Assembly: GCA_964571915.1 (NCBI GenBank)
Contig: CAZNEU010000189.1
Coordinates: 1-28,335 of the forward strand
Length of the DNA: 28,335 nucleotides
Source of the DNA: an uncultured Phycisphaeraceae bacterium
GTDB taxonomy: Bacteria > Planctomycetota > Phycisphaerae > Phycisphaerales > UBA1924
Reading direction: 5' to 3'
This document shows, one piece after another, positions 9,282 through 18,948 of the stretch. The stretch's first letter is position 1. Each line of letters begins with the position of its first letter. Under the pieces are notes generated by a model that ran no database searches, had not been told where the DNA came from, and saw nothing but the letters and a program-made list of their open reading frames with translations. The position numbers and the translations under genes are program-made.

Positions 9282-10151
9282 ATGCCCCGAATCACCCGTG
9301 CCGCGCTCATCCAGTGCTCCAACCCCCTCGCCGACACCACCGATCTCAAAAAGATCAAGTCGGCCATGATCGAAAAGCACCTGGGCCTCATCAAAGCCGC
9401 GGCAGACCAGGGGGCCAACGTCTGCTGCCTGCAGGAAATCTTCTACGGGCCGTACTTCTGCGCCGAGCAGCACGTGAAGTGGTACGAGACCGCCGAGCCG
9501 ATCCCTGACGGGCCGACCGTGCGCCTGATGCAGGAGCTCGCGAAGAAGCACCGCATGGTCATGGTGGTGCCGATCTACGAACTTGCGATGACGGGCGTGT
9601 ACTACAACACCGCCGCGGTGATCGACGAGACGGGCCAGTACCTGGGCCGCTACCGCAAGAAGCACATTCCGCACTGCCACCCCGGCTTCTGGGAGAAGTT
9701 TTACTTCAAGCCCGGCGACGGCGGCTACCCCGTGTTCGAGACGCGCTTCGGCCGCGTCGGTGTCTACATCTGCTACGACCGGCACTTCCCCGAGGGCGCC
9801 CGCGAACTCGGCCTCAACGGTGCCGAGATCGTCTTCAACCCCAGCGCCACCGTCGCGGGCCTGAGCGAGTAACTCTGGAAGTTGGAGCAGCCGGCCCACG
9901 CCGTGGCCAACCAGTATTTCGTGGGGGCCATCAACCGTGTGGGCACCGAGGCCCCGTGGAACATCGGCGAGTTCTACGGCCAGAGTTACTTCTGCGACCC
10001 GCGCGGCAAGATCATGCGGCAGGCCAGCCGCGACAAGGACGAGGTGGTGGTGGCCGACCTGGACCTTGACCAGATCACGGAGGTGCGCAACGTCTGGCAG
10101 TTCTACCGTGACCGTCGGCCCGAGACCTACACCGAGACGACGCGGGTGTGA
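9282..10151 (+). pseudogene. Beta-ureidopropionase-like nitrilase-superfamily amidohydrolase interrupted by an in-frame TAA at 9870-9872
   Basis: Catalytic E-K-C motifs CLQEIFYGPYFC, YRKKHIP, YICYDRHFPEGAR. The reading frame continues GLSE*LWKLEQPAHAVANQYFVGAINRVG...FYRDRRPETY. Could be a true nonsense allele, a sequencing error or read-through. Confidence 0.8.
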
Positions 10152-10209
10152 GCCTTGCCCAAGGGGTGTGCGGGAAGGCCAATAATCCACTGCCACCGAA
10201 GAGACAATC

Positions 10210-10452
10210 GTGCCCAAAGCGTTTGAGCAGGATGGGTTCGTGTTCAGTTTCTGGTCGAACGAGGGCCTGGAGCCGATGCACGTGCACGTCTCCAAGGGCG
10301 ATGCGGGCGGCAAGTGGTGGCTGGGCGATCTGACCATCGTGTACGCGACGGGCTTCAACCCGAACGAGATACGCAAGATCAGGCGGATTCTCAGGACGCG
10401 GCGTAAGGACCTTATCGATGCGTGGACGAAGCACTTCTCGCGGCCTGCCTAG
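10210..10452 (+). CDS. DUF4160 family protein (DhiT-like toxin)
   Basis: 80 aa. GFVFSFWSNEGLEPMHVHV..GDAGGKWWL.....ATGF matches the DUF4160 pattern (F.FyS.E...PHvHv). Confidence 0.85.
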   Translation: MPKAFEQDGFVFSFWSNEGLEPMHVHVSKGDAGGKWWLGDLTIVYATGFNPNEIRKIRRILRTRRKDLIDAWTKHFSRPA

Positions 10453-10864
10453 AGCCAGTTCGGTTCGGTTCGCATCCGCCGGCGACACCGAGTATCTCAT
10501 CGCGGTGCTCGCGAGCGGGAGCGCGGTCGTCGTGCCCCTGGACTACTACCCCACCCTGAAGGCCGCCTCGCCGGCGCAGCGGCGCCGCTGGAAACTGGTC
10601 GCGGCAGGCCAGGGTGTCTCATGGCCAGACCTGGACCTTGACCTTTCCACCGAAGGGTTGGTCGCGGGCCGTCCAGACGCGACGGCGAAGGCCCGCGCGG
10701 GCTTGACGAATGCGGCCGCGAACAAACTCACTCGCGTCGCCATTGCCAACCGGCCAGCCGCCGCAACGGCCCCCAACTTGGCACGGCTGCTGGCCCAGAC
10801 GCTCTCGCCCGCAGCGCTGCGGAACCTTGCTCGCAGCATCCAGCATCTTGCCAAGGCTTCGTAG
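10418..10864 (+). CDS. DUF2442 family protein (DhiA-like antitoxin) with C-terminal extension
   Basis: VVVPLDYYPTLKAASPAQRRRWKLVAAGQGVSWPDLDLDLSTEGLVAG is the DUF2442 signature. Overlaps the upstream DUF4160 gene. Confidence 0.85.
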   Translation: MRGRSTSRGLPRASSVRFASAGDTEYLIAVLASGSAVVVPLDYYPTLKAASPAQRRRWKLVAAGQGVSWPDLDLDLSTEGLVAGRPDATAKARAGLTNAAANKLTRVAIANRPAAATAPNLARLLAQTLSPAALRNLARSIQHLAKAS

Positions 10865-10908
10865 CGTGGAGCGAAGGGGCGGTGTTCACTCGTGAGCCGC
10901 CGTCCACT

Positions 10909-13120
<2,212 letters not shown>

Positions 13121-13133
13121 TGTTGGGGGCCTC

Positions 13134-13622
13134 ATGCCGAAGTTGCATAGAAAACAGCGAACCCGTGCCCACGTCTTGGAGGCCCTGTCCTTCAACCATC
13201 TCGAGCGAGCTGTTCTTGCCAACGGCTGGGCACTGGAGCGCATTGAGAATGATTATGGCTATGACGCCATGATGTTCACCTACTCGGCGCTGGGGTACAT
13301 CGAGACGGGGCAGGTGTGGCTATAACTCAAGGCGAGCGACCGCCTGAGGCACTCCGTGGATGGTTCCGTGGCGTTCGTCGCGATCAGTACGCGAGACCTG
13401 CGTCTGTGGGGGAAGGAACTCATGCCGGTCGTGCTGGTCGCCTTTGATGCCGCGAAGGGCCGTGCGTATTGGCTGCACATCCAGCCGTGGATCGCGGCGT
13501 CTCCGCCCCGCCCCGGCGCAGCCACAGCGTCTGTTCATATTCCGGCCACGTCCGTAGTGAACAAGGCCAGTGTGAAGGCCATGGGGCGGATAAAGAACTC
13601 CCTGACTACGATCTCGCCATGA
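13134..13622 (+). pseudogene. DUF4365 (PD-(D/E)xK-like) protein interrupted by an in-frame TAA at 13323-13325
   Basis: ENDYGYDAMMF...GQVWL*LKASD...RDLRLW...MPVVLVAFD....AYWLHIQ. The two ORF-track pieces (13134-13325 and 13356-13622) are in the same frame. The stop sits at the Q of the usual xQLK motif. Confidence 0.75.
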
Positions 13623-13885
13623 CCAAGGCCGTGCCCATCGCGACGGTGGCCAACATGCTGGAGAAGCACGGGTTTGTGCTTGCGCAGGTCAGGGGCGTGC
13701 ATCGCGTCTTTGTCCACGCTGACAAGGCAAAGCCGAAGATTTTTCTCCCCGCGGACGGCAGCCTTGTCCGTCCGCCGTACCTGCTCGCCATGCGCCGGAT
13801 TCTGGATGAGAGCGGCGTGATCACCACCGCAACGTTTGATCGCCTGATCGCCAAGCGGCCCCAGGCCTTGCGCCGAGCTTCGTAG
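13619..13885 (+). CDS. HicA-like (YcfA family) toxin-fold protein
   Basis: 88 aa from ATG 13619, ATGA-coupled to the DUF4365 stop. LEKHGFVLAQVRGVHRVFVH matches the HicA L...GF....rGSH..f.h pattern. Confidence 0.75.
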   Translation: MTKAVPIATVANMLEKHGFVLAQVRGVHRVFVHADKAKPKIFLPADGSLVRPPYLLAMRRILDESGVITTATFDRLIAKRPQALRRAS

Positions 13886-14020
13886 TTTTCCCCGCACAAC
13901 ACGCGCACCTTGCCCCTGTTGCCTCACCGCCACAAGCCGCGCTCGCGCCTTACCCAAGCACGTGCTCGCCCTGTTTTTATCAGACATAGGCCGCGGCACA
14001 CGCTTCGCCACGCAGCCGCC

Positions 14021-14458
14021 ATGCTCATCTCTCCACTCGAGTTCCTCGGGGGCGCGCTCCCCATCCTCTCCCCCAACAACGGCCACGTTGGCGGCGGCCT
14101 CAACGCCGACCCGGCCACCAACCTCAACTCCATCGCCAGCGCGCTCACCAGCGGCGATCTCTCCATCATCTTCGGCCTCCAGCCCGAAGCGGAGGACGTG
14201 GCCGCCGGGCCGAGCGCCCTGGACTTTGCCAACTCCCTCGCTCAACTCAGGGTCCAAGCCTCCGCCGCGTCGTTGGCCCAACTGCTCACCGGCGCGGCCC
14301 TGGGCTGGGAATCCGAATCGAGCCGCTTCGCCCCCCTGGGCCTGAAGTTCAGCCACAACCCGGGGGGTCCCTCGGCCACCGCCCTCGCCGACATGCTCAA
14401 CACGGCCTATGGCCTCGATCGTTCGACCGGGCCCTCCACGTTCAACCTGTTCGGCTGA
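14021..14458 (+). CDS. Hypothetical protein (145 aa)
   Basis: Start taken at ATG 14021 (MLISPLEF...). Third positions are strongly GC-biased. Ends STFNLFG. No family recognised. Confidence 0.65.
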   Translation: MLISPLEFLGGALPILSPNNGHVGGGLNADPATNLNSIASALTSGDLSIIFGLQPEAEDVAAGPSALDFANSLAQLRVQASAASLAQLLTGAALGWESESSRFAPLGLKFSHNPGGPSATALADMLNTAYGLDRSTGPSTFNLFG

Positions 14459-15083
14459 TCGGTCCCGGCGCGGCGGAATCGGGTCCTGCGGCGGCCTTTT
14501 GGGCAGCCACCAGCGCCCCCTCAAAGGCCTGCATGATCGCGTGGGTGCCCGCGGCGAGCAGCCCCATGCACACCGCGAAGGCCACGCACGCGCCCACCAC
14601 CCGCCACAGGCCCGAGAGCGCTGCGAACTGCGCGCCGCCAACCCCCTTGGCCACCAGGCCCGCCGCCACCACCACCGGCACCACCAGCGCCACACCCAAA
14701 CCCACACGCCGCAGCGAACGCGGGGCATCGTGCCGCAGCGTCTCGGCCGCGGCCACCAGGGCCAGCAGGGCCGCGGCGGCCCACCGCGCCAGCAGGTGCC
14801 ACTTCAGGGCCACGCCTGCCACGGTGCCGTTCACCGAGACATAACCCAGCGTGCTGCCCACCAGCACGCAGATCGCCACGCACAGCAGTGAAATCGCCAG
14901 GTCTTGACCCGTACCCAGGCAGGCACGCACGCCCCACACGCACGCGCTGGCAATGACGACCTCAAACATCAGGAGGAACCACGCGGGCTGGGGCGAGGTC
15001 AACCCCGCAACGCCCGCCAGACCCAGGGAACTCAACAGGACCAATGCACACAGGGCGGCGAGCACGCGGCGAACGGCGACCAT
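14442..15083 (-). CDS. Hypothetical integral membrane protein (213 aa, about 6 TM)
   Basis: ATG 15083 with GAGG SD. Consecutive hydrophobic stretches. The 3' end overlaps the convergent hypothetical gene by 17 nt. Confidence 0.75.
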   Translation of the reverse strand: MVAVRRVLAALCALVLLSSLGLAGVAGLTSPQPAWFLLMFEVVIASACVWGVRACLGTGQDLAISLLCVAICVLVGSTLGYVSVNGTVAGVALKWHLLARWAAAALLALVAAAETLRHDAPRSLRRVGLGVALVVPVVVAAGLVAKGVGGAQFAALSGLWRVVGACVAFAVCMGLLAAGTHAIMQAFEGALVAAQKAAAGPDSAAPGPISRTG

Positions 15084-15223
15084 AGAGACCTCGGGGGTGA
15101 GAACAGGCAAGCGGGCAGGCGCAACGGTATCGGTCCTTCGGGCCGCGGTGCCCGTGAACGGGCTCTCGCCGGGGCCGCACCAGGTCCGTTTTCTATTGTT
15201 TGGTATTTGACCGGGTTTCACGT

Positions 15224-15251
15224 TCAGAGCCCGAGGCCGACGAACCGATAA
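15224..15251 (+). promoter_or_regulatory. Putative sigma28 (FliA) promoter for fliD
   Basis: TCAGA-N15-ACCGATAA versus consensus TAAA-N15-GCCGATAA, upstream of a class-3 flagellar gene. Confidence 0.55.
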
Positions 15252-15330
15252 ACAGTGCGTCATCAGCCTTTCGGGCTTGGGGTGCGCCATCGCACCCACC
15301 CCCGGCGGTTCACGCGGCCTTGGAGCGATT

Positions 15331-18219
15331 ATGAGTGGTGTCACTTCCAGTGTCGGCATCTTCAGCGGCATCGACCGTGAACAGATCATCGGCCAGTTGC
15401 TCAACGCGGCCTCGCGCCCCAAGACGCTGATCCAGCGGCGCGTCGTCCAACTCCAGACCCAGTCCACCTCCCTTCTTGATATCTCCTCGCGCCTCAGCAC
15501 GCTGAAGGCGGCCGCGGCCAAGTTCAACACTTCACGCGTCTTCGAGCAGGTTCAGGCCACGACGTCGGACGACAAGGTCGCCACCGCCACCGCCGCGCCG
15601 GGGGCCGCTGCCGGCACGTACTCCTTCGTGGTCGATCGCCTCGTCTCGACGCACCAGGTGCTCGCGCGCGGGTTCGGCGCGTCCACCGGTGTCTCCGTCG
15701 GCGCCACCTCGTTCACGTTCGAGCCCGCTCAGGGCCGCCTCGACACGCAGACGCGCCTCTCCGACCTCAACGGCGGCGCCGGCATCACGCGCGGCAAGAT
15801 CGTCGTCACCGACTCCGGCGGGACGGCCACCACCGTCGATCTCTCCAAGGTCGAGAGCGTGGACGAGGGCATCAGAGCCATCAACGACGCCGCGCAGGGG
15901 CGCGTCGTGGCCAGCGTGTACGGCGACAAACTCCGCGTGCTCGATCAGGGCGGCGGTGTCGGCTCGCTGGCCGTCGCCGATGCTCCCGGCACCACCGGCA
16001 CCACCGCCAGCCTGGGCCTCACGAACGGCCCGACCGACCCCGGCGACGGCGGCGAAATCTTCGGCGGCGAGATCTACAAACTCGGCCGCTCCATCGCGCT
16101 CCGCACGCTCAACGACGGCAACGGCGTCAACTTCTCGAAGACCATCGGCACGTCCACGGCCGACATCAGGGTCACCACGCGGGACGGCACGGTGATCGAG
16201 GTTGACCTCGGCGAGGTGTACGAGAACGTGGTTCCCGCCGGCGGCGGCGCGGCGGTGCCCACCCTTACCAGGAACGCCGCGTCCGACGTGGGTGAGGTGA
16301 TCGACCGCATCAACGCCGTCGCGGGCGGCAAGGTCATCGCGGGCCTGAGCACCACAGGCCCGGGCCTGGTTCTTTCCGACACCACCGCCGGCGCGGGCTC
16401 GCTGCTCGTAGCGGACCTGGGCACCGGCACCACCGCCAGAGACCTGGGCATCAACGGCACGTCGGCCCTGGGTCAGATCGACGGGCGCAAACTCCTCGCC
16501 TCCATCAACTCCACGCTCTCGTACAACCTCAACGGCGGCGCGGGCGCTGGCAGCGGGGCCTTCACCATCACCGGGCGAGACGGCACCGTCCGCTCCTTCA
16601 CCGTCAACACCGGCGGGTCCGTGCAAGACCTCATCAACTCCTTCGGCGATGCCAGCGCCTACCTCGTCACCGCCGAACTCGACAAGAGCGGCACCGGCAT
16701 TCTCCTCAGGGACAACACCGGCGGCGGCGGCGCGTTCATCGTTTCGGGTGCCGGCGCCACCACCTTGGGCCTCGCCACCGCGCCCGCGGGCGTGGCCGCC
16801 TCCACCGTGCGGAGCGCACGCCTTCAGCACAAGTACGTCTCCACCGCCACACGCCTCGATGCCCTCAACGGCGGGCGCGGCATCGGCACCGGCAACTTCC
16901 AGATCGTGGACAGTTACGGCAAAACCTCCACCGTGCGCGTCACCACCAGCCAGTCCACCGTCGGCGACCTCATCTCCCAGATCAACTCCTCCGGCGGCGG
17001 CAGCATCGCGGCACGCATCAACGACAAGGGCGACGGCATCCTTCTCTACGAAGTCGTCGCGCCCGGCGGGGCCGGTGCCCGCGCCATCTCGGTCAAGGAC
17101 ACCACCGGCGGTGTCGCCAAGGCCCTGAACATCCTCTCCACCGCCGCGGGCACCGGCGCCCAGAACATCATCGACGGCTCCGCCGAACGCACCGTCGTCT
17201 TCACCGCCACCGATTCGCTCCAGCAGATCGCCGACAAGATCAACCAGGCCGGTGTGCAGGCCACCGCCGCCGTCATCAACGACGGCAGTTCCTCCACACC
17301 CAGCCGTCTCACCTTCACCAGCCGCGGCACCGGCGAGGCGGGGCGCTTCTCGGTGGACACGGGAGCCCTCGACCTGGGCCTTACCACCCTTTCACAGGGC
17401 CTCAACTCACGCGTGTTCTTTGGTTCGACCGACCCGGCCCGCGCCATCCTGCTCTCCAGTTCCAGCAACGCCGTGGCCGGCGTGGTGGCGGGCCTCACGC
17501 TTGACGTCAAGAGCGCCTCCGCGGCGCCGGTCTCGATCAGCGTCGCCAGCGACACCACCAGCATCGTCGCCTCCGTCAACGAGTTCATCACGGCCTTCAA
17601 CGAACTTGTCGACCGCATCGACGGCCTCACCGGTTTCGACAGCACCACCAACCAGCGCGGGCCGCTCCTGGGCGATTCCACCGCCTCCGGCCTGCGGGCC
17701 GAACTCAACAGCGTGCTCAACAGCCAGCCCAAGGCCGTGGGCGGGCGCTTCCAGTTCCTCAGCCAGGTGGGCGTCTCCTTCGACAAGGACGGCAGACTCA
17801 CGCTCAACGAGGACCGCCTGCGTACCTCCATCCAGACCGATGCCCAGGCCGTGCGCGACCTCTTCGCGGCCAAGGGGCAGGCCCAGGCCTCCACCACGGA
17901 GCGTGTGTTTGCCGACAACCCCGGCATCCTCGTCCGCGTCTCCACCAGCGGCGCCCTCACCACACTGGGCGTGGCCGAGCGGCTCGTTCAGTCGATCGAG
18001 AAATACACCAAGGCCGTAGACGGCATCATCCCGCGGCGGACCAAAACCATCGACGACCAGGTCCGCACCAGCAACACGCGCATCTCCCAACTCGACCTCC
18101 GGCTCGCCTCGCGCCGGGCCATTCTCGAGAACCAGTTCATCGCGATGGAGTCCGCCATCGGTCGCCTCCAGACGCAGTCCGGCAGCCTCCAGAACATCCG
18201 CGCCATCACCACCACCTGA
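15331..18219 (+). CDS. fliD: Flagellar filament cap protein FliD, very long (962 aa)
   Basis: FliD_N: SSVGIFSGIDREQIIGQLL...FVVDRLVSTHQ. FliD_C: NAVAGVVAGLTLDV, FITAFNEL, GPLLGDST, LSQVGVSFDKDGRLTLNE, QFIAMESAIGRLQTQ. Followed by fliS. Confidence 0.95.
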   Translation: MSGVTSSVGIFSGIDREQIIGQLLNAASRPKTLIQRRVVQLQTQSTSLLDISSRLSTLKAAAAKFNTSRVFEQVQATTSDDKVATATAAPGAAAGTYSFVVDRLVSTHQVLARGFGASTGVSVGATSFTFEPAQGRLDTQTRLSDLNGGAGITRGKIVVTDSGGTATTVDLSKVESVDEGIRAINDAAQGRVVASVYGDKLRVLDQGGGVGSLAVADAPGTTGTTASLGLTNGPTDPGDGGEIFGGEIYKLGRSIALRTLNDGNGVNFSKTIGTSTADIRVTTRDGTVIEVDLGEVYENVVPAGGGAAVPTLTRNAASDVGEVIDRINAVAGGKVIAGLSTTGPGLVLSDTTAGAGSLLVADLGTGTTARDLGINGTSALGQIDGRKLLASINSTLSYNLNGGAGAGSGAFTITGRDGTVRSFTVNTGGSVQDLINSFGDASAYLVTAELDKSGTGILLRDNTGGGGAFIVSGAGATTLGLATAPAGVAASTVRSARLQHKYVSTATRLDALNGGRGIGTGNFQIVDSYGKTSTVRVTTSQSTVGDLISQINSSGGGSIAARINDKGDGILLYEVVAPGGAGARAISVKDTTGGVAKALNILSTAAGTGAQNIIDGSAERTVVFTATDSLQQIADKINQAGVQATAAVINDGSSSTPSRLTFTSRGTGEAGRFSVDTGALDLGLTTLSQGLNSRVFFGSTDPARAILLSSSSNAVAGVVAGLTLDVKSASAAPVSISVASDTTSIVASVNEFITAFNELVDRIDGLTGFDSTTNQRGPLLGDSTASGLRAELNSVLNSQPKAVGGRFQFLSQVGVSFDKDGRLTLNEDRLRTSIQTDAQAVRDLFAAKGQAQASTTERVFADNPGILVRVSTSGALTTLGVAERLVQSIEKYTKAVDGIIPRRTKTIDDQVRTSNTRISQLDLRLASRRAILENQFIAMESAIGRLQTQSGSLQNIRAITTT

Positions 18220-18259
18220 GGCCGGCCGTACCCATCGGGCCGCCCAAACGCCGCGGGGC

Positions 18260-18287
18260 TGAAGAGGCCCGCCACTCCAGCCGATAA
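18260..18287 (+). promoter_or_regulatory. Putative sigma28 promoter for fliS
   Basis: TGAAG-N15-GCCGATAA (perfect -10), 11 nt before the fliS ATG. Confidence 0.65.
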
Positions 18288-18298
18288 GCCTCTCCACC

Positions 18299-18772
18299 AT
18301 GCCCACCGAGAACCCGGCCAATCAGTACCTGACCGTCAAGGTGATGTCCGCCGCGCCCGAAGAGTTGCGGCTCATGCTCATCGAGGGGGCGATCAAGTTC
18401 TGCCGGCAGGGGCAGGAGGCCCTCGCCCGCAAAGACTTTGAGGGGTGCCACAAGGGCTACACGCGCTGCCGCGAGATCATCCTGGAACTGATGAACACCA
18501 TGCGGGCGGACGTGGACCCCGAACTGTGCGGCCGCCTCAGCGGCATCTACACCTTCATGTACACCCAACTCGTTGAGAGCAGCGCCACCAAAGACCCGGC
18601 CCGGGCCGACCAGGTCGCCGCCCTCCTCGAATACGACCGCGAGACGTGGCTGATGCTCATGAAGAAACTCGCCGAGCAGAAGGGCACCGCCGCGTCGGCC
18701 GGAGATGGCACGCCCGATGGCACGCCTGCCAACACTGCCGCCGATCGCCCCGCGCTCTCCCTGAGCGCGTGA
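18299..18772 (+). CDS. fliS: Flagellin chaperone FliS
   Basis: NQYLTVKVMSAAPEELRLMLIEGAIKF, IILELMNTM, LSGIYTFMYTQL, LLEYDRETW; downstream of fliD. Confidence 0.93.
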   Translation: MPTENPANQYLTVKVMSAAPEELRLMLIEGAIKFCRQGQEALARKDFEGCHKGYTRCREIILELMNTMRADVDPELCGRLSGIYTFMYTQLVESSATKDPARADQVAALLEYDRETWLMLMKKLAEQKGTAASAGDGTPDGTPANTAADRPALSLSA

Positions 18773-18780
18773 GCGACGAA

Positions 18781-18887
18781 AGGCAAGCAGAACAAAGTTC
18801 AGAGTAGAAAGTTCAAAGTTCAAGTAGTGGGGTGCCTCCTGCGCGCCTGAACTCTGAACTTTGTGCTCTGAACTTTTGCATTTGCCT
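18781..18887. repeat. Palindromic heptamer element (YTGAACT arms)
   Basis: Left: AGGCAA...AGTTCAG-AGTAGAA-AGTTCAA-AGTTCAA (18796-18823). Right: CTGAACT-CTGAACT-TTGTGCT-CTGAACT (18847-18874)...TTGCCT. Confidence 0.9.
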
Positions 18888-18924
18888 CGGCCCTCGGCCC
18901 TCGGCCCAGTGCCCAGTGCCTTCC
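18888..18924 (+). repeat. Heptamer tandem (half-element) of the CCAGTGC family
   Basis: CGGCCCT-CGGCCCT-CGGCCCA-GTGCCCA-GTGCCTT-CC. The end CCAGTGCCTTCC is identical to the right end of the sucC insert. Confidence 0.8.
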
Positions 18925-18936
18925 CTCTCCCCCGAA

Positions 18937-18942
18937 TACCAT
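18937..18942 (+). promoter_or_regulatory. Putative -10 box (TACCAT), 6 nt before the uridylyltransferase ATG
   Basis: cgaaTACCATcggcccATG; no SD. Confidence 0.6.
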
Positions 18943-18948
18943 CGGCCC

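Noticed and set aside
9870-9872. Genome-wide reassignment of TAA to a sense codon
   Set aside because: sucC (9190-9192) and the hydrolase (21264-21266) end at TAA at the expected C-termini. Only context-specific read-through remains possible.
13885-13910. GTTTTCCCCGCAC resembles the start of a type I-E CRISPR repeat
   Set aside because: There is no returning GCGGGG arm, no regularly spaced copies and no cas genes. The only similar sequence is 11 kb away.
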